64,000 nucleotides of DNA from Cyanophyceae cyanobacterium (GTDB taxonomy: Bacteria; Cyanobacteriota; Cyanobacteriia; Cyanobacteriales; JBHJGN01), in NCBI GenBank assembly GCA_050331735.1, contig JBHJGN010000029.1, positions 1-64,000 on the forward strand, given 5' to 3'. This document shows positions 52,209 through 61,843 of the stretch, one piece after another. Each line of letters starts with the position of its first letter. The stretch's first letter is position 1. The position numbers and the translations under genes were made by a program. The notes below the pieces were generated by a model, which ran no database searches, was not told the DNA's origin, and was given only the letters and a program-made list of their open reading frames with translations.

Positions 52209-53444
52209 GTGAGTGAGGAAGTAAAAGCGGGAAACGCCGCTGTTTCCAGTAGTTTAAACCAAGCCAAGATGGTGGCGCAGCAGCAAAACTGGGGTTTGTT
52301 AACTCAGTGTTTACAGCAGCTACCGCTAGCAAAGCCTGCCGTTGACTCCTGTGAGAATAACATCCAGCAAGCGATTGCTCTTAGTCTACAGGTATTAACT
52401 TACGGAGATTTTCAGCAACGCTGGGAAATTGCTAAACTGCTGCCAAAGTTGGGTAAGCAAGCCATCGCTCCTCTGGTTGCTGTGCTTGAAAACGAAGCAG
52501 CCGAACTAGAACTACGCTGGTTTGCAATCCGGGTTTTGAGCCAGTTTGATGAACCCGAGGTGGTCATAGCGATAACAGAGCTGCTGCAGAAATCTGAGGA
52601 TGAAGAACTAGCGTTAGCGGCAGCACAAGCCTTAGCTCAAATCGGCCCTGCTGCTGTTGACGGCCTCACCAGCTTGCTGCAATCAGCAGACACTCGTTTC
52701 CTGGCGATTCGCGCTCTATCGTGTATTCGTCGACCAGCGGTAATCGCGCCGCTGCTGTCGGTGGTTAACGACTCTTCTCCTCAAATTCGCCAAATAGCGG
52801 TGGAGGCTCTAGGAAGCTTTCATGACGGGCAGATTCCACCCGTCCTGGTTGAGGCGTTGTCCGATGTCTCTGCCGCTGTACGCCAAGAAGCCGCGAGTGC
52901 TTTAGGTATGCGACCTGAGCTGAGGCAACAGTTCAGCCTAGTGGAGCGCCTTACCTCTCTCCTCTACGACCTCAATTTAGAGGTTTGCCGACAAGCGGCG
53001 CTCGCGTTAGGTCGGTTAGGCACGGCTGACGCAGCGGCAGCTCTATTTGCGGTCCTTCGTTCTTCAGCTCCAGCTAAATTAAAACGAGAGGTTGTTCGTG
53101 CCTTGGGCTGGATGGAATCGTCTGAGGCCCTAGAGTATCTCCACCAAGGACTGAGCGGTAGTGAGGACGTAGTTTGCCAGGAAATTATTGCTGTCCTCGG
53201 GCGGCAGCGAAATGCACTCAAACCGCAAGCTACTAAAATATTGAGTGATTTCTGGGTCTCGCAGCGCGGGAATCACTCGCGCCCAATTAAACAGGCTTTA
53301 GCAATGTCCCTCGGAGAGCTAGGCCAACCGGAAGCGCGGGATGCTTTACAAGCCTTGGCTCAAGACTCAGAACAGACGATCCGACTGCATGCTCTCGCCG
53401 CTCTCAAGAAGATGGCTAACAATTACGCCAACGAGCGACTTTGA
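52209..53444 (+). CDS. HEAT-repeat (PBS lyase-like) protein
   Basis: Repeated VRxxAAxALG motifs. Confidence 0.85.
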   Translation: MSEEVKAGNAAVSSSLNQAKMVAQQQNWGLLTQCLQQLPLAKPAVDSCENNIQQAIALSLQVLTYGDFQQRWEIAKLLPKLGKQAIAPLVAVLENEAAELELRWFAIRVLSQFDEPEVVIAITELLQKSEDEELALAAAQALAQIGPAAVDGLTSLLQSADTRFLAIRALSCIRRPAVIAPLLSVVNDSSPQIRQIAVEALGSFHDGQIPPVLVEALSDVSAAVRQEAASALGMRPELRQQFSLVERLTSLLYDLNLEVCRQAALALGRLGTADAAAALFAVLRSSAPAKLKREVVRALGWMESSEALEYLHQGLSGSEDVVCQEIIAVLGRQRNALKPQATKILSDFWVSQRGNHSRPIKQALAMSLGELGQPEARDALQALAQDSEQTIRLHALAALKKMANNYANERL

Positions 53445-54469
53445 CCAGCGCTTTCCTGCAAGGCCTGCTCCACTCGACTCTGCTCAAGTTCTCGACCGAT
53501 GAATACGAGACGAGTTTGACGTATCTCCTGGGGGAGCCAAGGGCGGTCGTAGAACGAGTCAAAGCGACTGCCGACGCCTTGCAATACCAGACGCATGGGC
53601 TTGTTCGGAACATCGACAAACCCCTTGATGCGATAAATTTCCTGCTGCTGCACCAGCTTTTGGAGTTTTTGGATTAACTCTTGAGGGGGGCTGGCGGGCA
53701 AGACTAACTGAACGGCTGTAATGTTCTCGTCATGCTCGTGGGTTTCTGAGTCGTGGTGGGAAGCCCGACTGCCTAAGTGTTCCTCTACTGCCGCGTTGAA
53801 ACCGAGAAGAATATCTGGAGCGATCGCTCCTCGATCAGCCGGAACCATTTTAACTCCTGCTGGCAGTTGCTGCTGTAACCATTCTTTGACGGGCTCAAGA
53901 CTGTGAGGCTTTAACAGATCGGTTTTCGTGAGAATGACCAGATCGGCGCAGGAAAGCTGATCGGCAAATAACTCTTCTAGGGGAGTTTCATGCTCTAAAT
54001 TAGGGTCAGACAGTCGTTGGGCCTGCAAGGCTCCTCGATCACTCACTAACGCTCCCTCTGAGAGAGCCTGAGCGTCTATAACCGTAACGACTCCATCAAC
54101 GGTAGCGCCGTTGCGAATTTCAGGCCAGCGAAACGCCTGGAGCAATGGCTTGGGCAGCGCTAGGCCGGAAGTTTCTACCAGCAAGCAGTCTAGGCGATCG
54201 CGTCGTTTGAGCAGTTCCTGCATGGTGGGATAGAATTCTTCCTGCACGGTACAGCACAAACAGCCGTTTGTCAGCTCAACGATGTTACTTTCCTCTTCAT
54301 CACAGAGGCGACAGGAGCGCAATAGTTCTCCATCGATGCCAACTTCTCCAAACTCGTTGACAAGGACAGCAATGCGTTTTCCGGCGTTGTGTTGCAAAAG
54401 ATGGCGCACCAAAGTTGTTTTACCGGCTCCGAGAAAGCCAGTAATCACGGTGACAGGAATTTTATGCAT
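53423..54469 (-). CDS. cobW: Cobalamin biosynthesis GTPase CobW
   Basis: GFLGAGKT, GCLCC and ETSGLALPKPL motifs; downstream of a B12 riboswitch. Confidence 0.93.
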   Translation of the reverse strand: MHKIPVTVITGFLGAGKTTLVRHLLQHNAGKRIAVLVNEFGEVGIDGELLRSCRLCDEEESNIVELTNGCLCCTVQEEFYPTMQELLKRRDRLDCLLVETSGLALPKPLLQAFRWPEIRNGATVDGVVTVIDAQALSEGALVSDRGALQAQRLSDPNLEHETPLEELFADQLSCADLVILTKTDLLKPHSLEPVKEWLQQQLPAGVKMVPADRGAIAPDILLGFNAAVEEHLGSRASHHDSETHEHDENITAVQLVLPASPPQELIQKLQKLVQQQEIYRIKGFVDVPNKPMRLVLQGVGSRFDSFYDRPWLPQEIRQTRLVFIGRELEQSRVEQALQESAGQSRSLA

Positions 54470-54758
54470 AGATCGATTAATTAAGGAGGGTCAGGTGTAT
54501 TCGCGCTCAAATCTCCACCGGAACCTGAGTCCGGCGGCTTTGAGACAGCTCACTGAAGAGAACGAGCGTCGGTAGCTCGTCCTTGTTTGGGTTGGCTGCT
54601 ATTGAAACGAAGAAATGAACAGCGCTTTAGTAGAGTTTCAAAGACTAGAAGCGTCGATGTCGCTCAAGGCACAATGTCTGCCAGCGGCTTCGTCTTGTGA
54701 GCGGCAATACTTTCGGGATCATCCGTACCTCGCAGATGAAAGAGTGAGACAACAGCAC

Positions 54759-54876
54759 TCGGCAGGCATTCTGACTCAGAAACTCAATGGCGTTTCATTA
54801 CAGTTGCGGGACAGCGTTGGACTTGCACCAATCTTTCCCTCTTACCTCTAAGGACTGCTCATCCTTAGAACCGAGT
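54759..54876 (-). promoter_or_regulatory. Cobalamin riboswitch
   Basis: Minus strand ...AGAGGGAAAGATTGGTGCAAGTCCAACGCTGTCCCGCAACTGTAA...GAGTCAGAATGCCTGCC (B12 box). Confidence 0.92.
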
Positions 54877-54964
54877 AATTTCACTGTACCATGACATCAA
54901 GAGAGCGATCGACAAGCGATCGCCAAACGGCTCTTCTTCTCGACGCCTACAGGCTCAAGCAACC

Positions 54965-55855
54965 GTGAGGAAACAACGCCCATCTAGACCCCAAGTCAAA
55001 AATGTTGGTCACGCTCAATGGTTTCAGAGATTTCTCAACGCCCTCAGAAATGATCCCTATTACTGGCTGTTGGTCATCTCCTGGCGACGATTTCTCTTCC
55101 TCATTAGTCTGCTGTATCTGGGAGTTAATCTGCTCTTTGCTTTAGCTTACTTGTTAACGGGAAGCGGGATTGCCAACGCGCAGCCCGGCTCGTTTGCAGA
55201 TGCCTTTTTCTTTAGCGTCCAAACGATTTTTACCGTCGGTTACGGCAGTATGTATCCCCAAACTGTTGTCGCTCAATTTTTAATGATGGTGGAGCTGATG
55301 ATTGGGGTGTTACTGGGGGCGATGGCTACCGGTCTGATGTTTGCCCGTTTCTCATTACCGACAGCCCGCGTGATTTTTAGTCGCGTCGCCGTTGTTTGTC
55401 CTTTTGACGGCATTCCAACCCTGATGTTTCGCACGGCAAATCGGCGGGAAAACCAAATTTTAGAGGCGAATGTCCGTGTCAATCTGTTGCGCAACGAAGT
55501 GAGCCGAGAAGGTCATCAGCTACGACGATTCTACGATTTGCATCTGTTGCGCCATCAAACTCCAGCTTTTGGCTTTAGCTGGTTAATTATGCATCCTATC
55601 GTTGAATCTAGCCCTCTATATGGTCTCACTGCTCACGCGTTCGCAAAAACGAAGGCAGAAATTTGGATCACCGTCACCGGTCTCGATGAAACCTTTTCCC
55701 AGACGATTCATGCTCGTCATGCCTACAGCGCTAGAGACATTTTCTGGTCGATGCGTTTTGTCGATATTTTTCACGAAGCCCCAGATGGACAATACGTTCT
55801 CGACCTCAGTCATTTTCACGATATTGTTCCTCTAGAGCCTGATTCGGCCAGTTAG
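54965..55855 (+). CDS. KirBac-type inward rectifier potassium channel
   Basis: AFFFSVQTIFTVGYG filter; FARFS; HPIVESSPLYG. Confidence 0.92.
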   Translation: MRKQRPSRPQVKNVGHAQWFQRFLNALRNDPYYWLLVISWRRFLFLISLLYLGVNLLFALAYLLTGSGIANAQPGSFADAFFFSVQTIFTVGYGSMYPQTVVAQFLMMVELMIGVLLGAMATGLMFARFSLPTARVIFSRVAVVCPFDGIPTLMFRTANRRENQILEANVRVNLLRNEVSREGHQLRRFYDLHLLRHQTPAFGFSWLIMHPIVESSPLYGLTAHAFAKTKAEIWITVTGLDETFSQTIHARHAYSARDIFWSMRFVDIFHEAPDGQYVLDLSHFHDIVPLEPDSAS

Positions 55856-56474
55856 GCCAAAGAATCATCAGAGTCTAAAATGGTAAGATGAGAAGGGGAA
55901 GAAATTAAAAAATTCCTAGAAGCAATTTCTCTCAACCAATAAGCTTTGCTCAATTCTCAGCGAAAATTCATACTGATAGTTTATTAGTGGTCTTGATTAG
56001 CTAAAACTTAATCAAGTTAAGGAGGAATTTCGGTTTGATGGCAAGCGTTTGAAAGAATCAGCTCGCTAGAAAAGTTCATCAAACCTTCCTGTTAGGATTT
56101 TCTGAATCATGGGCACAATAGACAAGACGCTGTACTGAATCAAGCTCCACTTCAAGTTCTGTTTCGGAAGTCTATCTAATGGCAGAGTATAGATTGCTGA
56201 GCAGCCTCTACGCTGAAAACAATGACAGAGATCCTAACAGTGTTAATTTACGGGACAGCGCTCTCGCCTTGTTCTCCTCGTCTACCTAGTAATAATGTTC
56301 TTACCCAGCTCGAGTGTGCTTAAATAAGCGATAGCGGAACTTTAGCAGCAAATTTATCTTTTTCATTATTGTCTGTTACTCACTTTTTGCTTTTTAGCGA
56401 GCTAATATCAGAAAAGAAAATCTTAAAAAAGTATTAAACTGCTTAGAATAAGGTGTGTTGTTTGGAGGAAGAAC

Positions 56475-56963
56475 GTGTTTGTACGACTAGCGCAACAGCA
56501 TAGTCAATTTGTCAAAGATTTAGTAATGAGTCTTCAAGCTTTGGCAATTGTCCTAGAAAACCGAGGCTACTTAGCGTCTTGCTATACCTGCGGTAGCCAG
56601 ATGAACAGCGCCTCGTTTATGGTTAGCTTAGGCGATAATCATCTCATTCGCTTTTTGGTTTCCGACTATGGCATTACCTGGACCGAGATGCGAGATGATC
56701 GCGAACTGATGAAGCTAGAAGGAGCCGAAGCAATTGGTCAATTACAAGACCTGGCTGACCTCATTAAATACAGTGCTGATCCTAACGTTTTGCCAGAGGC
56801 CGCTTCGGCTTCGAGGAAGTCAACTCCTGCAGAGACGCTTCGCGCTGAGCCGACCGCAGGAAGGCGCCTGCCGAAGGCTATCCGGAATGAGGCCCCGGCT
56901 GCGTCAAGCCTCAATTCAGACCGGGATAACAATTCCTTCCAGATTCAGTACAGCTCTCGATAA
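56475..56963 (+). CDS. DUF1815-family protein with low-complexity tail
   Basis: MFVRLAQQH...LENRGYLASCYTCG...IRFLVSDYGITWTE; GGAGG RBS. Confidence 0.8.
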   Translation: MFVRLAQQHSQFVKDLVMSLQALAIVLENRGYLASCYTCGSQMNSASFMVSLGDNHLIRFLVSDYGITWTEMRDDRELMKLEGAEAIGQLQDLADLIKYSADPNVLPEAASASRKSTPAETLRAEPTAGRRLPKAIRNEAPAASSLNSDRDNNSFQIQYSSR

Positions 56964-57277
56964 TGCCTTGGTCTTGCTACTGCGAGTTTGGTCTATCTTC
57001 AATCGATGGGCTCAGCTTACTGGCCGCAGCTTTGAGTCTCTGACGGCTTCTCGCCCGACAGGGACTAGCACGAGCGGCCAAGAAATAATGCTCCTTTGCG
57101 GCTGTTCCTGTTTTTGGCCAGTAAAAATTAAGGAAATCGAAAATCACAAGAAGAGTCCCTCGAGCCCTGCTGAGATCCGCTTATGCAAACACTTTTCAAC
57201 TAACCGCTTTATAGAAGGGCTGAATCGCACTCCTGCAAATTAGCCCTTCTATTCGCTTCCTCCATCGCTCAAAAAGC

Positions 57278-58309
57278 TTACTCGTCCTCAGCAAAAACAA
57301 ACCGGCGTAATCCTCGGGGATCGGGTTCTGGACTCTCTTCGGCAAATTTGACGGCCTCCTCAATCTCTTGCTGAACCTGCTGCTCAATTGCCTGCAGGTC
57401 TTGACGATTGGCGAGGTTCTGCTCAGTTAAGAAAGCGGCAAGTTTGGTAATGGGATCGCGAGTTCCCCAAAACTGCTTTTCGTCTTGAGAGCGCAGTTCA
57501 TCGGGATCGGCTAGAGAGTGGCCGCGAAAGCGGTAGGTCAGCGCTTCGATCAGCGTTGGACCCTCTCCAGCACGAGCGCGGGCGATCGCCGTTCGAGCGA
57601 CATCTCGCACTGCTAAAACATCCATCCCGTCTACTTCGTGCCCCGGCATCCCAAAAGCACTGGCTTTCTTGTAAATCTCCGGCTGAGAGGTGGCTCGCTC
57701 GTGAGCCATCCCGATAGCCCATTTGTTGTTTTCAACTACGTAGATAATGGGCAGCTTCCAGAGAGCCGCCATATTAAGACACTCAAAAAACTGTCCATTG
57801 TTGGCGGCTCCATCTCCGAAAAAGCAAGCCGTCACTTGGTCTGCCGGTTCGCCGAGGGCCTCTCGGCGATATTTGGTTTGAAAAGCGGCTCCCGTCGCCA
57901 CCGGGATGCCTTCTGCTACGAAAGCATAGCCACCGAGGAGCCGATGTTTGGCAGAAAAGAGGTGCATCGAGCCGCCACGCCCCTTACTGCATCCCGTTGC
58001 TTTTCCAAACAGCTCTGCCATCACCTCTTTAGCCGGAACGCCGCTGCTGAGAGCATGGACGTGATCGCGATAGGTACTACACACATAGTCTTCGTCTGGC
58101 CGTAAAGCCTTGATCACCCCGGTAGAGACGGCTTCCTGCCCATTATAAAGATGGACAAAACCAAACATCTTGCCTCGATAATACATCTCCGCACACTTGT
58201 CTTCGAACAATCGTCCTAGGATCATGTCTTGATAAAGACGCAATCCTTCTTCCGCAGAAATTTGTGTCGAAGCGGCATTAAATTCGGGTAAAGTGCGTTC
58301 AGAAACCAT
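57278..58309 (-). CDS. pdhA: Pyruvate dehydrogenase E1 alpha subunit
   Basis: [23 protein letters not shown] and [11 protein letters not shown] motifs. Confidence 0.97.
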   Translation of the reverse strand: MVSERTLPEFNAASTQISAEEGLRLYQDMILGRLFEDKCAEMYYRGKMFGFVHLYNGQEAVSTGVIKALRPDEDYVCSTYRDHVHALSSGVPAKEVMAELFGKATGCSKGRGGSMHLFSAKHRLLGGYAFVAEGIPVATGAAFQTKYRREALGEPADQVTACFFGDGAANNGQFFECLNMAALWKLPIIYVVENNKWAIGMAHERATSQPEIYKKASAFGMPGHEVDGMDVLAVRDVARTAIARARAGEGPTLIEALTYRFRGHSLADPDELRSQDEKQFWGTRDPITKLAAFLTEQNLANRQDLQAIEQQVQQEIEEAVKFAEESPEPDPRGLRRFVFAEDE

Positions 58310-58573
58310 TGAGCTTGTAGAAAGTGAATAACAATATCAGAATCAAGAGTGAACAAGAGTCAGCTAAATCCATAAAATCAGATCGACAGATCGATCCGTA
58401 ACAAGAGTTCCATCTCCAAACTATATTAATGATTAAAATGGCCTAGCCGGAGAAAATCTTTCCTGAATGAAGACTTTGAGCTAAAATTCAGCCTTATATA
58501 GGCTTGAGTTAAGCCGAGACCACAACAAGCGTTGGCCTTAGTTATCCCTCATGACCCTTTAGGGAGTCAGATC

Positions 58574-60691
58574 GTGCGTATTCCTCTTGATTACTACAGA
58601 ATTTTGGGTGTGCCGATTCAGGCAACAGCGGAAAGTATAGAACAAGCTTATCACGACCGGACCCGTCAACTGCTTCATAACGAGTACAGTCAGCAGGCGA
58701 TCGCTTCTCGGCACCAGCTACTTGAAGAAGCGTATGCCGTTTTGTCAGACTCTCAACGTCGGGCGGAGCACGACACTCAATTCTTTAGCAGCCCGGCGCC
58801 AATTTCTCCAGAATCAGCGGCGGAGGCGGTCTCTCCCCAACTCGAAATTCGCCCAGAGTGTTTTGTGGGAGCCTTAATGATTCTTCAGGAACTCGGAGAG
58901 TACGAGTTGGTTCTGCGCTTAGGACAATCCTTCTTAGAGAAGCTTGAGGAGAATTCGCCCCGGCAGGCAGTCAGCCCATCAGACGAGCGGTCGGAAGTTG
59001 TCTTAACTCTCGCTCTGGCCTGTATGCAGCTTGGGAAGGAAAGGTGGCAGCGCGAGGAGTACGAAGAAGCAGCGACAGCGGAGCGCATGGGGCAAGATTT
59101 GCTGAGGCGAGAGCAGCTATTTCCCAGCGTCCAAGAGGAAATTCAGGCCGACTTAGCGAAGCTGAGACCCTACCGAGTGATCGATTTATTAGCCCAAAAT
59201 ACCCAGCAGCGGCATCAGGGTTTGCGGCTGTTGACAGAGATGCTTGACGAGCGTCAGGGCATTGATGGTTCGGGACACGATGGTTCGGGGTTGAGTATTG
59301 ATGATTTCCTGCGATTTATCCAGCAGTTACGCAAGCATTTAACTGTAGCCGAGCAACAGGAACTCTTTGAAGCCGAGTCCCAGCGTCCTTCAGCAGTCGC
59401 TGCCTATCTAGCAGTTTATGCTCTGATCGCCCGGGGCTTTGCTCAAAGCAAACCGGTCTTAATCGTGCGGGCCCAAGAAATCTTGAGAAACTTAAGCCAA
59501 CGCCAGGATGTTTACTTAGAGCAGGCCGTTTGTGCGATGCTGCTCGGACAAACCGAAGAAGCTAATCTCGCTCTAGAAAAAAGCCAAGAAGAAGAGTCGC
59601 TTTACTTTATCCGCCAGCATTCTCAAGGCGCTCCAGATTTACTGCCGGGGCTATGTCAATACGGGGAGCGCTGGCTACAAACTCAAGTTTTTGCTCATTT
59701 TCGCGATTTGGCTAGCCAAAAAGCCTCCTTAAAAGACTACTTTGCTGATGAAAAAGTGCAAACCTACTTGGAAAAGCTGCCAGCCGAAGCTTGGCGGCCC
59801 GCGCAGAGAAAGTCTGAAGTTGCAGAACTGCTGGCAGTGTCTCACGCGGAAGCCTCTATCCCAGAAGAACAGCTAGCGATCGCCTCATCGCAAGCTTCTC
59901 GGCGAGAAGAATTTGGGGGAACGGCGGCTGGAACACTCACCGCCACAGTTCCCAGAACAGCGAGCGCCACGTTGCCCACCATTGAAGAAGCCAAAAGACT
60001 AGATTTAGGAACTCATCGCTCTTCTTCGGCCTCACCAGCTAAGAGCCGGACCTCCGCGAAACCGCGTCAAGCTTTTATAAACCAGATTAAGCATCTCGCT
60101 CAATCTAGAGGAAGGATCCGGCGGTTTTTCCACCCCAAGTATATCCTCGTATTAGGAGCCGTCGGCTTAGGGCTAGCAACCATCGGCGTCGTTTATGCGA
60201 TTTTCAAGCCGAACGAGGCCACTGTAGAAGAGCTACAGGTCCAGCTCAATCGCTCGCCAATTGCGATCCCCCCCTTAGAGACCAGTCCGGCAGCGAGTCG
60301 TCCAGTTCCCTTAGATCGTCAATCGGCTCAGCAGGTGATTGAGAACTGGTTAGCGGCTAAATCCGCAGCCTTTGGACCCGCCTATCAAGTAGAGACAATT
60401 AGCGCTGTGTTAGCCGAACCCCTGCTGTCTCTCTGGCGCAACCGCGCCCGTTCTTTTCAGCAAAGCAACGCGTATCGAAAGTATCAGCATCGCGTCGAAG
60501 TTCGTTCTGTCGAGATTGATCCTCAAAATTCAGACCGGGCTACAGTAGAGGCAGTGGTTAGAGAAGCGGCTCAACATTTTCAAGGAGAGCAGCTCGTTGA
60601 CAGTGAATCTTATGATGACAATCTTCAGGTACACTACGATTTGATTCGTCAAGAGGGTCAATGGTTGATTCAAAATATTCAGATACTCTAG
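58574..60691 (+). CDS. ftn2: Cell division protein Ftn2/ZipN (ARC6 homolog)
   Basis: VRIPLDYYRILG J-like domain; DLLPGLCQYGERWL; one TM helix; C-terminal IMS-type domain. Confidence 0.92.
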   Translation: MRIPLDYYRILGVPIQATAESIEQAYHDRTRQLLHNEYSQQAIASRHQLLEEAYAVLSDSQRRAEHDTQFFSSPAPISPESAAEAVSPQLEIRPECFVGALMILQELGEYELVLRLGQSFLEKLEENSPRQAVSPSDERSEVVLTLALACMQLGKERWQREEYEEAATAERMGQDLLRREQLFPSVQEEIQADLAKLRPYRVIDLLAQNTQQRHQGLRLLTEMLDERQGIDGSGHDGSGLSIDDFLRFIQQLRKHLTVAEQQELFEAESQRPSAVAAYLAVYALIARGFAQSKPVLIVRAQEILRNLSQRQDVYLEQAVCAMLLGQTEEANLALEKSQEEESLYFIRQHSQGAPDLLPGLCQYGERWLQTQVFAHFRDLASQKASLKDYFADEKVQTYLEKLPAEAWRPAQRKSEVAELLAVSHAEASIPEEQLAIASSQASRREEFGGTAAGTLTATVPRTASATLPTIEEAKRLDLGTHRSSSASPAKSRTSAKPRQAFINQIKHLAQSRGRIRRFFHPKYILVLGAVGLGLATIGVVYAIFKPNEATVEELQVQLNRSPIAIPPLETSPAASRPVPLDRQSAQQVIENWLAAKSAAFGPAYQVETISAVLAEPLLSLWRNRARSFQQSNAYRKYQHRVEVRSVEIDPQNSDRATVEAVVREAAQHFQGEQLVDSESYDDNLQVHYDLIRQEGQWLIQNIQIL

Positions 60692-60814
60692 CTGCTCTGA
60701 TTCAGAAAAACAGGCTGGTAACCAATTAGTCTATCCTCGCTTTACTTTGCTATGGACTCGGGTTGAAACCGATATACTAGGAAAAGTTTTGATGGTATAC
60801 ACTTCTTCCTGCTC

Positions 60815-61738
60815 ATGTTCAATTGGTTATGGCTATTGCGAGTTGTGCTGCTGGGCTTTACAGGAACGGTAGCGCTGGCCGCTGTTTCTTTCTCCACGGG
60901 CAGAGCTCCCTCCCCTCAAACTAGTAACCCCGCAGAAGTGACGGTTCCCTCTTCAAAAGCTAGAACTCAGCCACTCTCGCCCGAACCGCTGCCAATGGCT
61001 ACGGTCCCGAGTCAAACTCAGGAAGAGCCGCCAGCGGAAGACGCATTCAACCTGCAAGCCAGCGTTCAACGTCATGCTTCTCTGTTTGCGACCCCCACCT
61101 CTTTAGGAATGCTCGCTATTGGTATAGCAGAAGGCAACTACCGCGTTTGGTCAGACCAGAGCACGATCTATGTTCAGCAAACTCCTGCCTACTTTGGGCA
61201 TGTCGATCCTGGAAATTTATCCTGGGGAGCCGTCGTCAAGAACTACGGTCCCTGTAGCGATCAGGGACGCAGCGGAGGCAATATTGCTTTAGCCGAGCAA
61301 TTCTGTTTGCAGCGCTCTCGTTCTCAGTTGGCGACACACCTTCAAGATCTTCAGGCGGTAGGAATTAATCCCGACCAAGATGTGGAAGCGGTGCTCAATA
61401 CAGCCGATCTCTACAATCAAGCTAAACCAATTCATTCTCGCCAGTTTCCCAAAGCCCTAGCGATAGCCAGACAGGGCGGACTAAGCGGAGCAGAAGCATT
61501 GACCTGGGCTAGAACCGCCTCTTTCTATCTCAACGCTAACAACGAATTTGACTTGACGGCAGGCGACAATCATGCCAGCGGACTCATTGGCATTTGCGCC
61601 CGGGAACGACGACCGATTACCGAGTGGGAGTGTGTCTATGAAGATCAGCAGCGGCGAGTCGAGGCGATCGCTCACGTTCTGGAGCAATATCGGCTGCTGG
61701 CTCAGCAGAAGCAAAAAGCAGGCAGTAGCAGTAGCTAA
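60815..61738 (+). CDS. Exported hypothetical protein
   Basis: N-terminal hydrophobic segment, Pro-rich linker, AIGIAEG and YFGHVDPGN motifs. Confidence 0.7.
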   Translation: MFNWLWLLRVVLLGFTGTVALAAVSFSTGRAPSPQTSNPAEVTVPSSKARTQPLSPEPLPMATVPSQTQEEPPAEDAFNLQASVQRHASLFATPTSLGMLAIGIAEGNYRVWSDQSTIYVQQTPAYFGHVDPGNLSWGAVVKNYGPCSDQGRSGGNIALAEQFCLQRSRSQLATHLQDLQAVGINPDQDVEAVLNTADLYNQAKPIHSRQFPKALAIARQGGLSGAEALTWARTASFYLNANNEFDLTAGDNHASGLIGICARERRPITEWECVYEDQQRRVEAIAHVLEQYRLLAQQKQKAGSSSS

Positions 61739-61843
61739 GCGGGAACCAAAAGTAAAGAAAAATTACTTTCCTGCAACGCCTCACCATTGATTTTTAGAAT
61801 CAAATTAAACTTAACGCCTGCTTCCATTTCAATCTCGTTCGTC

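Noticed and set aside
54615..54851. 78-aa plus-strand ORF
   Set aside because: Antisense to the cobalamin riboswitch, with no protein features.
56734..57243. 169-aa plus-strand ORF
   Set aside because: Overlaps DUF1815 out of frame, weak start, no recognisable motifs.
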